A stretch of DNA of 64,000 nt from the NCBI RefSeq assembly GCF_009914755.1, contig NC_060926.1. The stretch is one strand, 5' to 3'. Of this stretch, positions 57,701 through 64,000 are shown one piece after another. The notes under the pieces were generated by a model that was not told where the DNA came from, searched no databases, and was given only the letters and a program-made list of their open reading frames with translations. Source of the stretch: the human T2T-CHM13v2.0 reference genome, Homo sapiens. The translations under genes were made by a program, and so were the position numbers. Each line of letters starts with the position of its first letter. Position 1 is the stretch's first letter.

Positions 57701-58511
57701 ATCAGCTGAAGTGTTTAGTGTGAAATTTCAGATTATTTAAAGAGAAGTTTCACTATGTTTAAGTAGAGACAAGTCATAAGAAGTGCCCTCTAGCAGAAAT
57801 TTACCTGAACTTGCTTTAATGAGCATGGAAGATGCACTACTTACACAGAGATCATTCAGTCCAAGTCGTTGGACCTAATCTTGTTTCTAGTCAAAGTATA
57901 CCTCCTTTTCATCTCAATTGTGATATTTGATTTGCAAGGCTAATTATTTCAAGATTTGTACAAAGAACAACATAAGTGGAATGACATTATTTACTGTGGA
58001 TTTTAGTGATTTACAATGTGGGTGGTGTGTGTGTGTTTGTGTGGCAGAGAGAGAAAAAGAAGAGAGGATGAGAAAGGTATGGTTTTGGTTTGAGAAAAAA
58101 TATATATGGTTAATAATTTCTTTATGATTAACACTAACAAGTCATACCTGTGTCAATGAATATAATTCTAAGGCAACTAACTAACTTTAAATTTTTTTCC
58201 ACTAGAACATTTTGAGAATTATTAACAATACTAGACATTTTATTCTCTAATTCCTTTCTGGTGACTGTAATTTTTGTATCTGGATTCAACCTCAAACACT
58301 TACTTGATTTGGGGAAAACATTCATGAAAATTCTTAAGCCAAGGCTCTACATGCAGTTGAAACTGTAACTATTTGGTGCCTATAACAGTGATTAGTGGGA
58401 GAGGAAATAATGAGAGTGGTTAAAACTGGTAGGTATTTAAATATTGAAAAGTAGCATGTTAACCCTTCAGAAATGGCACTTCTAGATCTGCCACATGAAT
58501 CCAGGATGTCA

Positions 58512-58925
<414 letters not shown>

Positions 58926-59383
58926 TTATCAGTTACCAGGGACTATCCCACAATAGATACTTTTTCAGAATAAAATATGAGCAACATGCTTGCAGTTAAA
59001 ACTTGACTCATAATCTCTCCTCTTCCCATTTCCCCTTCTCTTTTACTCTCTCCACCATAATATTAATTAATTTTATTGTTCCCCTTAACAGGTCTAGGAT
59101 CTAGTTCTCCAAACCATCTTCTCTCAGGTCCTTATCTAAAAGAAAATCAGGTGAACTTCACTTTAGCAGACGATATATCACCTAAGAGGCTGCGTTTTAT
59201 CACAGAGGTATCTTCCTAAATAAGGTAATTTGAGACTTTTAAACTCCGGTCTGATAGGATTTAGCAAGTTGAAAAAGAACATTTGTTATCAATGTTCTGT
59301 TTGATTAAGAAACTTATATTCATTAAAATGTGCTACTGTTTATGCATTTTAAGATATAGGCTCAATCTTGGAAACACAGAGAC

Positions 59384-59470
59384 ATATATATATATATAAA
59401 TATATGGAGAAATATATATATATATATATGGAGAAACATACACATACATGTACATATCAATTTATATATT
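59384..59470. repeat. (TA)n-rich compound microsatellite
   Basis: Two TA runs, each followed by ggagaaa. Confidence 0.88.
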
Positions 59471-59719
59471 TCTATAACAGCTAGATACACAGAGAAACTA
59501 TGAAGGTCTAAGCCTCAAAATCAGACAGATCTCAGATATAGACAGTGTGGTCTCTGTAGTATAGATATTATCATATGAATGTAGCCCTCAAATATTCAGC
59601 ATAATGCCTTGTGATCCAACATGCCTTTGACCCTCTAATTTGACACTACATGGTTCTCATACTGCTTACATTTCTTTACTTAGCGAAGATCAAAGCTTAC
59701 TGTTTTCATCCTGTTATAT

Positions 59720-60310
59720 TCAATTGCAGTCAACAGTGATTTACTGAGCACCTATTATATGTCAATTTTTTTGGCAAATGACTGACGATAGAAATATTTA
59801 AAAGAAAAAGAAAACAAGGTCTCTACCTCCAAGGGCCGGCTATTAGAGAGAGAGAGAATGAAATAACAAATGACAGTGTGTGTATCAATATTATAGCAAA
59901 ATACACCAAAAGGCCCCATGGCACCTTAGAGGAGAGACTAACATTGCTTGGAGTGGGGTTCAGAACTTGACTACTGATAAAGATCTGGGCAGCTGTGAAG
60001 AAAGGGTGCCTTTCTGAAGTGTTTACACTTCATCCTGCAGATTTTAGGCAGCAGAGTGGTGGGTCCAGACTTCCAGTTTAGAAATGTTATTCAGCAAACT
60101 GTGTGAAGGATGGATGAAGAGGGGGTAAGACAGAAAACGAGAAAAACAACTAGAAGCTGAGGAGACAGGACAGGAAAAAAGTAGTGGCCAGTGAGTATGG
60201 TGAGAGGAGAGAAGACCTGAGAATGACTCTGAGGTTTCTGAGTTTGCTAAGAGGGGAAGTAAATAAAAAAGTGAAAAGGGAGATGGTTCATTTGGGGACA
60301 TATCTTGTTT
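59720..60310 (-). mobile_element. L2 LINE fragments
   Basis: tttactgagcacctattatatgtc...gaatgactctgaggtttctgagttt, reverse L2. Confidence 0.55.
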
Positions 60311-63300
60311 CTTCTCTGGCCCGTGGTGTACAAGTATGCAGTGCAATAAGATATGAGGGGCTATATCTAAATCAAAAGAAATAAGAGTGAAATGAAGATG
60401 GTCAGACATATAATAGGAATGTTGGTTTTAGTGGACAAGTAGGGTCCTATTTTTCCTCTGGTCCTAAGAATGATTACATGAAAATGATTACATTTCTTGG
60501 GGCTGAATGATCTCTCTCAAAGTTTGTCTTTCTGAAAGATGTCAAACCAACAACTCTACATGTTCAGCAACTAGGTCAAACATAGAGACAGCTTGGCTTT
60601 ACATAGCTCTAGCCTAGGCTGAGATATAACAAATTTTCTTTCCATTTACTCTAAATAATAATTATTTATCTCCATTTCAATTCAATTTAACTCATCTGAA
60701 GTTTACTGTCTACTTAGGATCACTTTTTGGGATAAAGGCAAGACAAAGAAAAATACAAAAAGAATATGCGATGGTAATAACAAAATAAAACTTATTTTAC
60801 ACTGAGTGCTTTTATGATGGTACCGTATATAACATTGACTGAAGTCATAATCTCTGTCTTCAGTGAGTTTAGGGCTGAGAGAGTGAGAAATGGGAAGATA
60901 ATTTCTATTCTTTATATTTAAAATATTTTAAATAAAAAATTAATGTCCCCCTAAACTAAAAAAAAAGTAACTTTTAAATTTATAGCTCTCATGAAAAGCA
61001 CAATAAACTCAAAAGCACGATCATAGATTGATGTGTATAGCTGGAATCATGTCAGTTACACATACAGCACTACTACACTGGTAAAGACTATCAGGCCAAC
61101 TAGACTTTGCCACAGGTGAGACTCAAAGCAGAAATTCAAGCAAAGATTCACACCTGGACAGCAATCAACAGGACTGACAAATCATTTGAAAGCAGCAAAT
61201 TGTTCCTTCTTTTCTTGAGGGAAACTATTTTGTTCCTAAAATGTCCAGTAGATCCTGACATTAGGTAGCTTCATTGCCTTACCACAAAGACTCCAGAAGG
61301 CCGCTCTCCCTTCATATGTAATGCCATTTATCTGTTGGAAAATTAGCAGTTGTGCTCCTAATTCCCTGGCTCATCACCATGCCTTGCATTTGGACTTAGG
61401 TCTCACCTGTCTGACCTCTAAGGGACTTCAACTATTCCCAGAACAATGCTGGACACCAACTGAGCTCAACTCTTGGAAGTTAATTGCATGACAACTTATA
61501 TCAAGCATATTGCCCCTGTTTCACATAAGTAAATGAAGCCATCAAAGTTCCCACTGACTGGGTGGAAGATTTGGAGCTCTGATTACTGTACTGTTATCTA
61601 ATAACAAGCTCATGGCTTACTCATAGTTTCATCAGCCAATAAGCAATCCATCCAACACTCATGTAGTTAACTGTAGAAAGTTACTCCACCAAAAGAAACA
61701 GAATTGCTATCATCTAGGTGCTGATCAATCTGTATTTATTTTTTCACATAGAAGCAATCTCCTTACATAGTCTTAGCCAAACTGCTCAGAGTTTTAGTTG
61801 GCAAATACTAAGGAAGTGTGTCTAGAATCAATATGCCTGTAAAGGCACGAAATACAATTTAAGGAAGGTCAGTAGGCAGAATGATTCTAAGGGGAAAATT
61901 CTTCCTTCAAAAGTGTAACAACGTTTAGTCACATGTTCTCTTGAAATAAGATTCCATATCTATTCCTCTAGGAAATGAGTTTATGTAAACGAGAACATTC
62001 TGCTTTCTGCTGCTGAAGTCACAGGGTATACCAGATGTTCACAATCCCAAGGCTCAGTTGCATGACATTCATGAGTATTTCATAAACCCCAATATTGGAA
62101 GGATTCAACACCTACTGTGTTTTCTTACCTTGACTCTGGAAAAATTTTTACACATTATATTTCACTGTACTGATTTTATTTTTAAAATCTAGCTGCCTTT
62201 ATTTAAATGCCACAATTCATCTTATAATGGTATTTAAGGGGCTTTTGTGGCACTGTGCCAGATTTATATTATTAGAACCTAGGCATTTGCAAATGAACCT
62301 CTTTCAATTAGTGTTTCAGGAAGCAATTAAACTGTCTAAAGTGTATTAATGAATACGCTGGAATTGGGAAGCCAATCCTCCTAATATCCCCATTATTAAT
62401 GCACCATCTGCTTTGCTGCCTTAGGAGCAGGCAGGATCTCTAACTTCAGGTCCACAAAACCCAATCGTTTATTCAAAAAGGTCACAGAAGCATAAGTTTG
62501 TAATCAAACTCAACATTCTATAAAATATGTGAATATTATATGCAGATTAAGGACATATATTTTCCTCAGAGTTTTGTACAAATGCAAATAAAGACGCATA
62601 AGGGTTCTTTCTTATTTCTTTGCATTCTATCCTATGTGTCAAAGCACTAACAGTTCTGTGAATGTATTCCTGGCTCTGATATCCCTGCTAAAAGTTTGAG
62701 TGCTGTATGTACACCCTGTGATATTTGAGGATATCATTAGGATCTCCAATAAGGTTGTCGTTTTCATTAATGAAGGACGTAATTTGCTGCTGTGTTGTAG
62801 CTTTTATCACAGGGAGTGGTCCAGGTGCTGCAGCATTTGCTCATGCCTCTTTCCAAGACTATGCTCAGAGTCCATCCACAGGACAGGGTTCTGGAGGAGC
62901 CTATGTCTTCATGAGGTATTTCCTGCTGGCTTTGTGACTAAGAGGAGCTCAGAGGTTGCAGGGCACAGACTGGAGTAAGAGAATGTGGAAAGGCAGGGAA
63001 GACCTCATGTGTGGCACTACCTGCTCCATGCTGGACAGTTATCAAGTCACCAGGCCTCCAATAAACACACTGGCTTTGGCGATGAGTTGCTGCTGAGACA
63101 GTCAAAAGGGAAGGAGAAGACACATCCTCAGCTTTTAAAGAATCGAGAGCCTGGTAGAGGAAAGAGGACACAGGCCCAGGGAGGGGCTATAAGCTGAAGT
63201 GGGGATCACTGTGCAGTGGAGCTGCCAAGGAGGAGTTTGAGAAGGAGAACCCCATAGTATCTTGGGGATTTAGGCAAGTAGAGAGAACAGATATATTTCC

Positions 63301-63325
63301 TACAGAGCTCTGTACTTCTCCTACC

Positions 63326-63357
63326 TTAATTTTCATTGAATTTAATTTTCATTGAAT
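63326..63357. repeat. Exact 16-bp tandem duplication abutting an LTR
   Basis: ttaattttcattgaat x2. Confidence 0.9.
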
Positions 63358-63823
63358 TGTTATGGGTTGAATTGTGTCTCCCCCAAATTCATATGTTGAA
63401 GTCCTAACCCTCATTAATTCAGAATATGACTTTATTTAGAAATTGGGTCACTGCAGATATAATGAGTTAAAAAGGCATCATCGTGGACAGGGGTGGACCC
63501 CTATTCCAATAAAACTGGTGCTTTATAAAAAAGAGAAACTTAGACACAGAAGAACCCCCACAGGGAGAATATCATGTGAAGGTGAAGGCAGGCATGGGGG
63601 GATGCAGCTGAAGCCAAGGGGCATCACACATGTCCAGCAAACCACCAGAAGATAAGAGAGAGATATGGAATAGATTATCCCTTACTGCCCTCAGAAGGAG
63701 CATGACCCTGCCCACACTTTGACCTTGAACTTTTAGCTCCAGAACTGTGAGACAATGAACTTCTGTTGTTTAAGCCACTGAGTTTGTCGTATTTTGTTTT
63801 GGCAGCTGTAGCAAACTAATGTA
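63358..63823 (+). mobile_element. MLT1B/C-like MaLR solo LTR
   Basis: tgttatgggttgaattgtgtctcccccaaattcatatgttgaagtcctaacc...ctccagaactgtgagacaat...ttctgttgtttaagccac...agcaaactaat. Confidence 0.9.
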
Positions 63824-64000
63824 AGTGGTAACATAATGAATTGTGAAATACTTGACTTATTTCCTGGATTATAAGCTATTTGAAAACAAGAACAATGTTG
63901 GTTTTGTTTATGTTTTTACTGTGAGTCCCTTGTACAATGCTGGGCTTATAATGAGCATCTAATAATTCTGGGTCAAATGATCAAATTAGCATGAGCAAGT

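Noticed and set aside
62700-63197. Cluster of ORFs in a slightly GC-richer unique region, considered as a possible exon
   Set aside because: No recognisable protein similarity in any frame and no convincing splice-site pair. A non-coding exon cannot be excluded.

Overview
Primate (very probably human or great-ape) AT-rich non-coding DNA, either intronic or intergenic. I find no supportable protein-coding exon, structural RNA gene, CpG island or CRISPR array. The supplied ORFs are short and come mostly from repeats. A large part of the window is transposable-element sequence: 12 Alus (many with clear TSDs), a complete THE1C MaLR provirus, solo LTRs (THE1, MST, MLT1, MLT2, MER41, MER21, MER67-like), DNA-transposon remnants (MER3, MER20, MER44A, MER47-like) and old L1, L2, MIR and L3 fragments. 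Subfamily names come from my recall of consensus sequences, not from a RepeatMasker run. The most unusual structure is a complex local inverted duplication at 28.2-30.5 kb. Arms of about 450 bp (~95% identical) flank a TA/CA microsatellite. The right arm runs directly, through a 3-bp microhomology, into an inverted copy of a second segment lying ~1 kb upstream of the left arm. This is the signature expected from replication template switching (FoSTeS/MMBIR), or from a 1.5-kb foldback duplication followed by a deletion. Other points of interest are a perfect 60-bp palindrome (11699-11758), a hairpin that replaced part of an L1, three old local direct duplications 1.0-1.35 kb apart, a MER41 LTR retaining tandem GAS (STAT) sites, and THE1 LTRs with DUX4-type motifs. 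None of this shows a new biological system; the findings are structural or regulatory candidates.
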